NCBI GenBank assembly: GCA_036379195.1
Contig: DASVHB010000167.1
Span: 1 to 18,557, forward strand
Source of the DNA: Pirellulales bacterium
Lineage (GTDB): Bacteria > Planctomycetota > Planctomycetia > Pirellulales > JAICIG01
DNA length: 18,557 bases
Reading direction: 5' to 3'
The notes below the pieces were generated by a model that saw only the letters and a program-made list of their open reading frames with translations, was not told the DNA's origin and did no database searches. Made by a program: the position numbers and the translations under genes. Position 1 is the first letter of the stretch. Every line of letters starts with the position of its first letter. This document shows, in pieces, positions 8,868 through 15,330 of this stretch.

Positions 8868-10406
8868 TCAAAAAAGACTGCGCTGCCGGTGCAACTCCGA
8901 GTCGAAGATCGTTGCCAGATCGCCGGCGGGCAAACGCATGAGTTCAGCCGGCTCCATCTTGTGCAAACCGCCGCCGTAAACGCGGCCCTCGCTTAAGAAG
9001 TGTTGGGGCTGAATTGCCCGCAATGCCTTAAAAACATCCTCAGCTTTCTCCGACACTTGCCGCGAGACAAAATCTTTCGGATAGAGCAGCAGATACACAT
9101 TCGCCGCTGTTGCGCGCGTACGGTTCCAGATGAATCGGAACGGCTTCTTAAGCGAGCGTCCCATATAGGTGCAAACGAATGGCGCCGGTTCGCGCTTTTC
9201 TTGTGAATACCAAGGGATGCGGCGGCTCGTCAAATACCCTTCATGCACGCTTTGCCGCTTGCCCGATTGCAGATAATCGGCAAAGCGCGGCCATCGCTCG
9301 CGAATCACCGTTTCGTCGGCATGGCAATCGATGAGGGCGAGTTGCCGCTCGATTTGCGGCCAACCGTCAGGGTCCGCCCTGACGATCTCTTGTTGGAGAA
9401 ACCGCGGACTCGGTAAGATCGGGCGCACGCACTCCATCGGTATCCCCAACTCCGCCAACCGGGCTTTGGGGAGGATGAAGAAATCGTTGTTTCCCGTGGC
9501 CAGCCCGCGTTTCACAGTAAAGAAATCGCCGAGATTGCACACTCCGGGCGGCCCCACGTCAGGCTGCCTGCGCGGCAGCGACGTCCATTTCCTCGTAGCT
9601 CGTAATTGGTCGAGCGAAACTTCTTCCACGTTCGCTGGTTCGAGGAGCGAACCGCCGAAGGAGAACACCGCTTGATGGCCGGGCGAGGGTTTGCGCTTCT
9701 CAAAAATCACCACGGCCGACGACACGAGGGCATCGTCAAATTGCACGTCGGACGGGCAAAACCGGTGAATTTGCACCAGGCAAACCCGATCCAGTAAATA
9801 GCGCTTCACCTCGTCGCCGTAGTTGACATCCATGAATTCTGACGGAATCAACCATACCGCCAGGGCGTCCTGGGCGAGCCATGCATGGCCTTGGAGCAAG
9901 AAATAGCAATATAGGCCCGCCAAGCCGCTGAGCCGCACGCCAGTGGCCGCCTGAACCTGTTCGGCGAGGCGCCGCTTATCATCCGCCGCCAAATGGTGGT
10001 GCCGCACATAAGGCGGGTTTGTGAGAACAACATTGTAAATCGGTTCGGGGGGTTGCTTGGTGAAGTCACCGTGAATCACGCGCAAACCGTATCGTCGCCA
10101 GATGGCCGTCGCCGTCTCTGCGAATGGCTTATCGAGCTCGATGCCCGTGGCCGAGTCAATTCGTTCCTTCGGGAATGTTTGCGCGAACGCCCCGAAGAAC
10201 GAGCCAGTGCCAATCGCGGGATCAAGGAAGTGGAAACTGCCCTCACGGTGTCGCAGCCGATTCCAAGCGTAACGAGCGATTTCAAGCGACAACGCAGGCG
10301 GAGTAGCGAACTGTCCCCACTGGTTCCGCTCTTTGGCAGTCTTGAGCTGGTCGAGCCGCCGTTGTTGGACTAGCCGCTCGGCTTCGGCTTCGAGAATCTC
10401 CGCCAT
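8868..10406 (-). CDS. Type II N6-adenine DNA methyltransferase, gamma class (TaqI/Eco57I-like), with a C-terminal target-recognition region
   Basis: Motif X/N-terminal GQFATPPALSLEIARYA, motif I LDPAIGTGSFF and motif IV NPPY, in the gamma order (I before IV). The 512-aa size fits a single-polypeptide Type II MTase. The start codon 10406..10404 lies 3 nt after the stop of the upstream endonuclease gene. Confidence 0.88.
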   Translation of the reverse strand: MAEILEAEAERLVQQRRLDQLKTAKERNQWGQFATPPALSLEIARYAWNRLRHREGSFHFLDPAIGTGSFFGAFAQTFPKERIDSATGIELDKPFAETATAIWRRYGLRVIHGDFTKQPPEPIYNVVLTNPPYVRHHHLAADDKRRLAEQVQAATGVRLSGLAGLYCYFLLQGHAWLAQDALAVWLIPSEFMDVNYGDEVKRYLLDRVCLVQIHRFCPSDVQFDDALVSSAVVIFEKRKPSPGHQAVFSFGGSLLEPANVEEVSLDQLRATRKWTSLPRRQPDVGPPGVCNLGDFFTVKRGLATGNNDFFILPKARLAELGIPMECVRPILPSPRFLQQEIVRADPDGWPQIERQLALIDCHADETVIRERWPRFADYLQSGKRQSVHEGYLTSRRIPWYSQEKREPAPFVCTYMGRSLKKPFRFIWNRTRATAANVYLLLYPKDFVSRQVSEKAEDVFKALRAIQPQHFLSEGRVYGGGLHKMEPAELMRLPAGDLATIFDSELHRQRSLF

Positions 10407-10409
10407 GCG

Positions 10410-11363
10410 TCACAACCCCAACTGGTCGAAGTCGCTGATCCGGTGTTCCCAGACCCAATCGATGCCATCGGCGGCTTCATACCCCAGATAGCCGCTGTCG
10501 AAGTATCCGCAAAGGAAGACGACATAGCAGACGTCATTGCCGAAGGTCGCCTTGAGCTGACTGATTTTCTTCGCCTCTTCCTTGCGCCGTTTATTTGTGT
10601 TCGTGAAATCGCCGGCTGACTTGGCTTCGACCATGACAGGCAGCCGATTTGCCCGCGGCACGTGCGGCTGAATTAAGGCGTCGACCGACACAAAAACCTG
10701 GTGCCCTTCGGCTCCCGTCAGCACCGGATAATGGAACGTGAAGGTTCCCGGCGCCATGGTGTCGAGCGGCGCACCGGGGGAGTGCGTCTTTTTGTTGTAG
10801 CCCTTTTTCTTCAGGTACGCGGCAATCTCGGCAAGCTGGCGTTTCTCTTGGGCGTTTTTGATGATCGGGTTGGCGACGGCTCCCGTAAGTCGGTCTGCCA
10901 CGATCGTCGACGCGCGCAGCCGCTCTTCCGCGGTAGGCTCCCGGCGCTCCGGAAGCCAGACAAAAATATCAGGATCGAACAATCGGCTGATCACGTTGGC
11001 AATGCTCGCCAATTGCATCGCGAGAAGTTCCTCTCGCATTTTCAGGGAAAGTCGCCCCAGTTCCATATTCTTCACCAGGCTTTTGCTTGCGTAGGAAAGC
11101 CCGATGAGCCGGTCTACGGCCAACGGCGGACAGCACGACATACGCAGTGTCGGCAATACTCCCGGCCAAGCCTTGAGCAAATCAGGCGACAAGTCTCGCA
11201 TGTCATTGCTGTCGAGAACCGCCTTCTCGACTTTTTTCGTGACGTCAACCCGCGTATCCCGGAATGCTTTTGGGGCGAACTTCATGAACCACTTGTTGTA
11301 GTGATCCACCGACGCCCGCGTATCGTCTTTCCAGAGATGCGGCTTGTCGAGATTAACGGGCAT
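10410..11363 (-). CDS. Candidate Type II restriction endonuclease (PD-(D/E)XK), cognate to the adjacent MTase
   Basis: It lies directly upstream of and co-oriented with the MTase, with a 3-nt gap. A PD-(D/E)XK-like core is visible: ...QVFVSVDALIQPHVPRANRLPVMVEAKSAGD (Asp in VSVDAL, then E-A-K in MVEAKS), followed by a Lys/Arg-rich helix NKRRKEEAKK. GC is about 52-55% versus about 70% in flanking genes. The family (XamI/SalI-like?) was not resolved by eye. Confidence 0.6.
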   Translation of the reverse strand: MPVNLDKPHLWKDDTRASVDHYNKWFMKFAPKAFRDTRVDVTKKVEKAVLDSNDMRDLSPDLLKAWPGVLPTLRMSCCPPLAVDRLIGLSYASKSLVKNMELGRLSLKMREELLAMQLASIANVISRLFDPDIFVWLPERREPTAEERLRASTIVADRLTGAVANPIIKNAQEKRQLAEIAAYLKKKGYNKKTHSPGAPLDTMAPGTFTFHYPVLTGAEGHQVFVSVDALIQPHVPRANRLPVMVEAKSAGDFTNTNKRRKEEAKKISQLKATFGNDVCYVVFLCGYFDSGYLGYEAADGIDWVWEHRISDFDQLGL

Positions 11364-11461
11364 CTGTCACGCTTGTGCCGGTGTCTGGAACTGCCCCAAT
11401 TTACCATGTTTAACTTCTGCCAGCCAGCGGCCTGCAAGGCGCATCTCGCTCGCGCGGCGCA

Positions 11462-12952
11462 TCACGTTGGCGCCTCGTTTGCGATCGGAAGCCAAACCGC
11501 GAAACACGCTCCCGGCGCCGCCGATTCTTCCAGCGTCAACCGGCCATTGTGCAGCGCCATGATATTGGCGGCGATGCATAGCCCCAAGCCGGTGCCATGC
11601 TCTTTGGTTGTGAAAAACGGTTCAAAAATGCGTTCGGCGATTTCCGGCGACACGCCCGGCCCCGAGTCGCGCACCCGCACGACCACCATTGGCTGACCGG
11701 CCTTATCGTTTTCACGCGCGGTCGAGATGGTCAGCTCGCCGCCGGGCGGAGTGACCTCCAGGGCGTTATCGAGCAGGTTGATCAAGACCTGCTTGAGTTG
11801 ATCGGCATCGGCCATCGCGGCGGGCAGTTGAGGCGCGTCGTCACGCCGCAGATAAACCTGTTGCTGGTCGATGCGGTGCCCGATCAATTGCAACGTCATG
11901 CCGATCAGCTCCGGCACGTCGCAGGGCCGCGGCTGCGGCTCGGCGGGCCGCGAAAAATCGAGAAAATTGCGGACCACGTTCTCGAGCCGGGCAATCTCTG
12001 CGCTCACCACGTCGAACGCCTGATCGACATCGCCCCGCGCGGGCACGGCGCTGCGGATCCAAAACAGCCACATCTTCAGCGACGTGAGCGGATTGCGGAT
12101 TTCGTGGGCCACACTGGCGGCCAGCTTGCCAACCGTCGCAAGTTTCTCGGCGTGTACCAGCCGGCTGCGGCTGTCGCGCAGCGTCGTCCGCGCGTCGGCC
12201 ACGTCCGACATCAGCAGCCGCAAATAGGCACCCACGGCCCGCAGTTCGTCGTCGTGAATTCCCGCCGGGCTGCCGTCGTCGTGCGCGAAGCTTTCCGCCT
12301 CGGCCACCATCCGCCGCAGCGGTCGCAACACGCCGTGTACAAACTGCCAGAACAGCGCGCTGCCCAGGCCCAAGGTCAACGCCGCGCAGCCGGCCACAAT
12401 CCAAGTATCGCGGCGAATGCGGCTGCTGGCGCGCGCGTTGGCCTGCTCCACCGATTCCATGTTGGCCGCGATAAACTCACGGCACAGTCGAGACGATTCG
12501 TCGTGCAGGCGACTCACGTCGCTGAGCAGTATCTGCCGGGCAAGATCGACCTGACCTTCGTCGAACATGCGAATGACTTCGCGGCGCTTGGCGTCGTGCT
12601 GGTCGTAGACTCGTTCGAGCTGGTTCAGAATCTTGCGCTCGCGCTCGGTGTGGGCGATGTCCCGAGCCTGCGTGAGCCAGGTTTTGAAGGCGGCCTTGCG
12701 GGACTCCAGCTCATCGAGCCAGGCACGCTTGCCCGGCTCCAGAATGTACGACGACACCCACCCCTGCTGGCCCAGCAGCGCCGCTTCCAGTTCACCGGCC
12801 ACGCGCATGCCGGGCAAGTTTTCCTGAGCGGTGCCCTGCAGAAGATTGCCGATCTTCCAGGCCGTGAGCAGCGAGGCGCCGCTGCTCAGCAACGCCAGGG
12901 CGAGCACGCCGATGATCGAAACGAAGATTCGGGTTGAGAGTTTTCTGGGCAT
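11462..12952 (-). CDS. Sensor histidine kinase (two TM helices, periplasmic sensor, HAMP, HisKA, HATPase_c)
   Basis: TM1 IFVSIIGVLALALLSS and TM2 WIVAGCAALTLGLGSALFW. H-box VAHEIRNPLTSL. N, G1 and G2 boxes NLLDNALE, VRDSGPGV and GTGLGLCIA. It shares the strand with the NtrC-type regulator 2.6 kb downstream. Confidence 0.9.
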   Translation of the reverse strand: MPRKLSTRIFVSIIGVLALALLSSGASLLTAWKIGNLLQGTAQENLPGMRVAGELEAALLGQQGWVSSYILEPGKRAWLDELESRKAAFKTWLTQARDIAHTERERKILNQLERVYDQHDAKRREVIRMFDEGQVDLARQILLSDVSRLHDESSRLCREFIAANMESVEQANARASSRIRRDTWIVAGCAALTLGLGSALFWQFVHGVLRPLRRMVAEAESFAHDDGSPAGIHDDELRAVGAYLRLLMSDVADARTTLRDSRSRLVHAEKLATVGKLAASVAHEIRNPLTSLKMWLFWIRSAVPARGDVDQAFDVVSAEIARLENVVRNFLDFSRPAEPQPRPCDVPELIGMTLQLIGHRIDQQQVYLRRDDAPQLPAAMADADQLKQVLINLLDNALEVTPPGGELTISTARENDKAGQPMVVVRVRDSGPGVSPEIAERIFEPFFTTKEHGTGLGLCIAANIMALHNGRLTLEESAAPGACFAVWLPIANEAPT

Positions 12953-13114
12953 GGAACCTTGATTCTACCAAGCTTCATCGCCATCGGAGTCTCGTGATAC
13001 GGGGATGGACTGATCGCATCGCTATACGGCTGCACAACTTTAGCTTATTCTTGGCAATGATGGCGGCACTGCCCAGCAGGCAGTACAATGCGCGAGCGGC
13101 GCCAACCTGCCAAC

Positions 13115-13148
13115 TCACTTCGTTCTCTTCGTTGCCTTCTGTTCAAGA
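13115..13148 (+). promoter_or_regulatory. Conserved 34-bp upstream element, copy 1 (phased TTCGTT / TTCTGTT repeats)
   Basis: tcacTTCGTTctcTTCGTTgccTTCTGTTcaaga has three T-rich half-sites at 9-bp phase. Its 22-nt core cttcgttgccttctgttcaaga is identical to 14444..14465. It lies 54 nt upstream of ATG 13203. Confidence 0.55.
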
Positions 13149-13202
13149 ATCATTCGGTTACGACACGGATTTACGAATCCAAGAAATCGTCAGGTGACTC
13201 AC

Positions 13203-14375
13203 ATGCGCGAAGCCGTTTCACGGCAGCCATCCTACAATTGCTGCAACGGTGTCGCCGCCGCTCTCGCACTACTCGCTTTTGCGGTGTTGCCGCCCTTCTC
13301 TCCGGCGGCCGATGGACCAGCGGCGCCGGCCAAGCTCAGCGACGGCTGGAGCACCACCGTCGCACTGCCGCCCTATTCGTGGCCCAACAACGACAGTCCC
13401 TCGGGCGCCTGTCGCGCGTGGGTCGAGCAGGGGTGGCTGCTCGTCGAGCGTCGCACCGACCGCGACGAACTGGAATGGAAGATCGTGCTGGCCAAGGTCG
13501 TCGGCGACGAGCCGCCGCAGATCGACGTTCACCGCCCCGGATCGCTGCGGCTCGACTATCGCGGCGGGCTGTATTTCATTCGTGACGAATTCGGCAACCT
13601 TCGGTGCCGGCGGCAAACCAAAACACCCGATGACGTTTGGCCCGACATCGCGCTGCCCGGACGTGATCCGGACGGAGATCTTTGGGGATCCGCGGGCGGC
13701 GGAAAGCTGGTGGGCACGCTGGTCAAGCCCTGGTTTTTCGTCGCCGCCGGGCCAAAACAAGGCGCCGCCGATTGCCTGCTGCGGCTCAACCATCAAGAGC
13801 TTAGGACCGGCGGCACGAGTTTTTCCGGGGGCCAGGTGATCAACCGCATCACCGATGGCGAAACCAATGTGATGGACGACGGCGAGTTGCTGATCGCCGA
13901 GCGAGTTGAAGAGTGGTCGGCTCGCGCCGCAGTCGAGCGGGTCGAGATACAAAAAACAATTCGCGGGTCGACCGCGCCTAAGCTCACCGGCGCCTGGTTC
14001 AACACCGGAGGCGAATCGCTCGACTGGAAGGACCTGAAGGGCAATGCCGTATTGCTGGTATTCTTCAATCTAAGCGATTCGCCTTCTTTCTCCGAGCGTC
14101 TGCCGGCGCTCAAGCAATTGCACAGCAAGTTTTATGAAAAAGGCCTGGTCATTGTCGGCGTACAAACGCAGCAAGATGCAAAGCACGGCGCACGTTTAGT
14201 CGAAAAGCACCATTTGGATTTCCCGGTGCTGATCGATTCGTTCGAGACTCTACGCCGCTTTGGCATCGACGATTTGCCTAGCTACTTTCTCATCGACCGC
14301 CAGGGCAAAGTGGCGTGGAATCATTTGTCATCGCCTCCGCCCGCGGCCGAGATCGAGAAGCTCTTAGGTGACTAA
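13203..14375 (+). CDS. Secreted protein with a C-terminal thioredoxin-like (TlpA/redoxin-fold) domain lacking the CXXC active site
   Basis: Signal peptide MREAVSRQPSYNCCNGVAAALALLAFAVLPPFSPAADG (GGTGA sits 5 nt upstream of ATG 13203; the track ORF starts at GTG 13194). The C-terminal KGNAVLLVFFNLSDSPSFSERLPALKQLHSKFYEKGLVIVGV...DFPVLIDS follows the TlpA/AhpC-TSA pattern, where W-C-x-x-C is replaced by L-S-D-S-P-S. Confidence 0.7.
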   Translation: MREAVSRQPSYNCCNGVAAALALLAFAVLPPFSPAADGPAAPAKLSDGWSTTVALPPYSWPNNDSPSGACRAWVEQGWLLVERRTDRDELEWKIVLAKVVGDEPPQIDVHRPGSLRLDYRGGLYFIRDEFGNLRCRRQTKTPDDVWPDIALPGRDPDGDLWGSAGGGKLVGTLVKPWFFVAAGPKQGAADCLLRLNHQELRTGGTSFSGGQVINRITDGETNVMDDGELLIAERVEEWSARAAVERVEIQKTIRGSTAPKLTGAWFNTGGESLDWKDLKGNAVLLVFFNLSDSPSFSERLPALKQLHSKFYEKGLVIVGVQTQQDAKHGARLVEKHHLDFPVLIDSFETLRRFGIDDLPSYFLIDRQGKVAWNHLSSPPPAAEIEKLLGD

Positions 14376-14431
14376 CTCGTTTTGAACAGAAGCGAAGATA
14401 ACCAAGAGATTACTTCAGATAGAACGATTCC

Positions 14432-14465
14432 TTCCTTCGTTCACTTCGTTGCCTTCTGTTCAAGA
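14432..14465 (+). promoter_or_regulatory. Conserved 34-bp upstream element, copy 2
   Basis: ttccTTCGTTcacTTCGTTgccTTCTGTTcaaga. It shares 29 of 34 positions with copy 1, including the identical 22-mer. It lies 205 nt upstream of the nfeD-like start and 11 nt upstream of a 60-codon TTG ORF. Confidence 0.55.
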
Positions 14466-14659
14466 CTGCTCGTCGGTTGGCACAGATTCGCCGCGACGAA
14501 CCGGAATGGAAAATGGTGCTGGCCAAGTATTTACGCACATCAGATGCTGATCGAAATTTGACATCGGGCCAGCCGTGCACGATGATGATCTGCGCCAGGC
14601 GAGGGCCAAGATTCCCTCCGCCGTGGCGAATGTCTTGCGGAGGGCAGGCATTTCGATAA
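14466..14659 (+). other. Decayed partial duplicate of an internal segment of the thioredoxin-like gene, read as a 60-codon TTG ORF (14477..14659); a gene relic or small leader ORF
   Basis: 14466..14527 aligns to 13437..13496 of the upstream gene: ctgctcgtcg is shared, then cgcgacgaacCggaatggaaAatGgtgctggccaag versus cgcgacgaacTggaatggaaGatCgtgctggccaag, 33 of 36 identical. The reading frame is preserved (RRDEPEWKMVLAKY versus RTDRDELEWKIVLAKV). Similarity is lost after LAK. Third-position GC of the ORF is only about 60%, weaker than in bona fide genes here. Confidence 0.4.
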
Positions 14660-14670
14660 GGGTCGCATCG

Positions 14671-15330
14671 ATGGCCACCATCATTTACAGCGTCTCCGCC
14701 GTCGTCGGTGGAACCATCCTGTTCTGTCAGTTTCTCATGACGTTGTTAGGCCTGGGGCACGACATGCCCGGCGGCGTGCCGGATGACGTGCCGCACGATT
14801 TTCATTTCGGCCACGATGGCGGAACAACTCATGACGCGATGCACGACACGGGCGATCATGAAACGGGCGGTCATGAAACGGGCCATCACGCCACCACGTC
14901 GTTCGTCCGCCTGCTGACGTTCCGCACGGTCGTCGCCGCGCTCACGTTTTTTGGGCTCGTCGGCCTGGCCGGCGATTCCGCGGCGCTGTCGGGCGAGCTG
15001 ACGTTTGTCGCGGCGCTGGCGGCCGGCGGCGCGGCGATGTACGGCGTGCATTGGCTCATGCAATCGCTCAACCGCCTGCGGTGCGACGGCACCGTGCGCA
15101 TCGAGCGCGCGATCGGCCGCCCCGGCACGGTCTATCTGCGGATTCCGGCCCATCAATCGGGGGCCGGCAAGATCCACATCAACGTTCAGAATCGAACCAT
15201 GGAATATGAAGCGATGACCGCCCACGGCCCATTGCCTGTGGGAGCCCAAATCGTCGTCGTCGATGTGCTCGGACCCGACACCGTCGAGGTGGAACCGGTA
15301 ACCGAGCTGGAAAGGACCGCAAATGTCTAG
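14671..15330 (+). CDS. nfeD: NfeD-like membrane protein (flotillin-associated; C-terminal OB-fold) with a His-rich loop
   Basis: TM helices MATIIYSVSAVVGGTILFCQFLMTLLGL and LLTFRTVVAALTFFGLVGLAG. The C-terminal beta-rich GRPGTVYLRIPAHQSGAGKIHINVQNRTMEYEAMTAHGPLPVGAQIVVVDVLGPDTVEVEPV is typical of short NfeD. It overlaps the downstream flotillin start by 8 nt. AAGGGT sits 8 nt upstream of ATG 14671. ATG 14575 is an in-frame alternative start. Confidence 0.7.
   Translation: MATIIYSVSAVVGGTILFCQFLMTLLGLGHDMPGGVPDDVPHDFHFGHDGGTTHDAMHDTGDHETGGHETGHHATTSFVRLLTFRTVVAALTFFGLVGLAGDSAALSGELTFVAALAAGGAAMYGVHWLMQSLNRLRCDGTVRIERAIGRPGTVYLRIPAHQSGAGKIHINVQNRTMEYEAMTAHGPLPVGAQIVVVDVLGPDTVEVEPVTELERTANV

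Noticed and set aside
10701-12937. Long plus-strand ORFs (10701..11696 and 11597..12937)
   Set aside because: Antisense to the endonuclease and histidine kinase genes respectively. The sense genes carry the diagnostic motifs.
13041-13075. Short inverted repeat ctgcc-cagca-ggcag in the divergent kinase / thioredoxin-like intergenic region
   Set aside because: A 5-bp stem only. It is too short to call an operator or terminator without further evidence.
13269-13952. 227-aa minus-strand ORF and 13249..13839 plus-strand ORF
   Set aside because: They overlap the thioredoxin-like gene, whose frame has the signal peptide and redoxin-fold pattern. The alternatives are low-complexity.
14476-14494. 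Possible sigma54 -24/-12 promoter (tTGGCACagattcGCc) upstream of nfeD
   Set aside because: The GG-to-GC spacing is one nucleotide short of the TGGCAC-N5-TTGC consensus and there is no TTGC. It is more parsimoniously part of the duplicated gene fragment.
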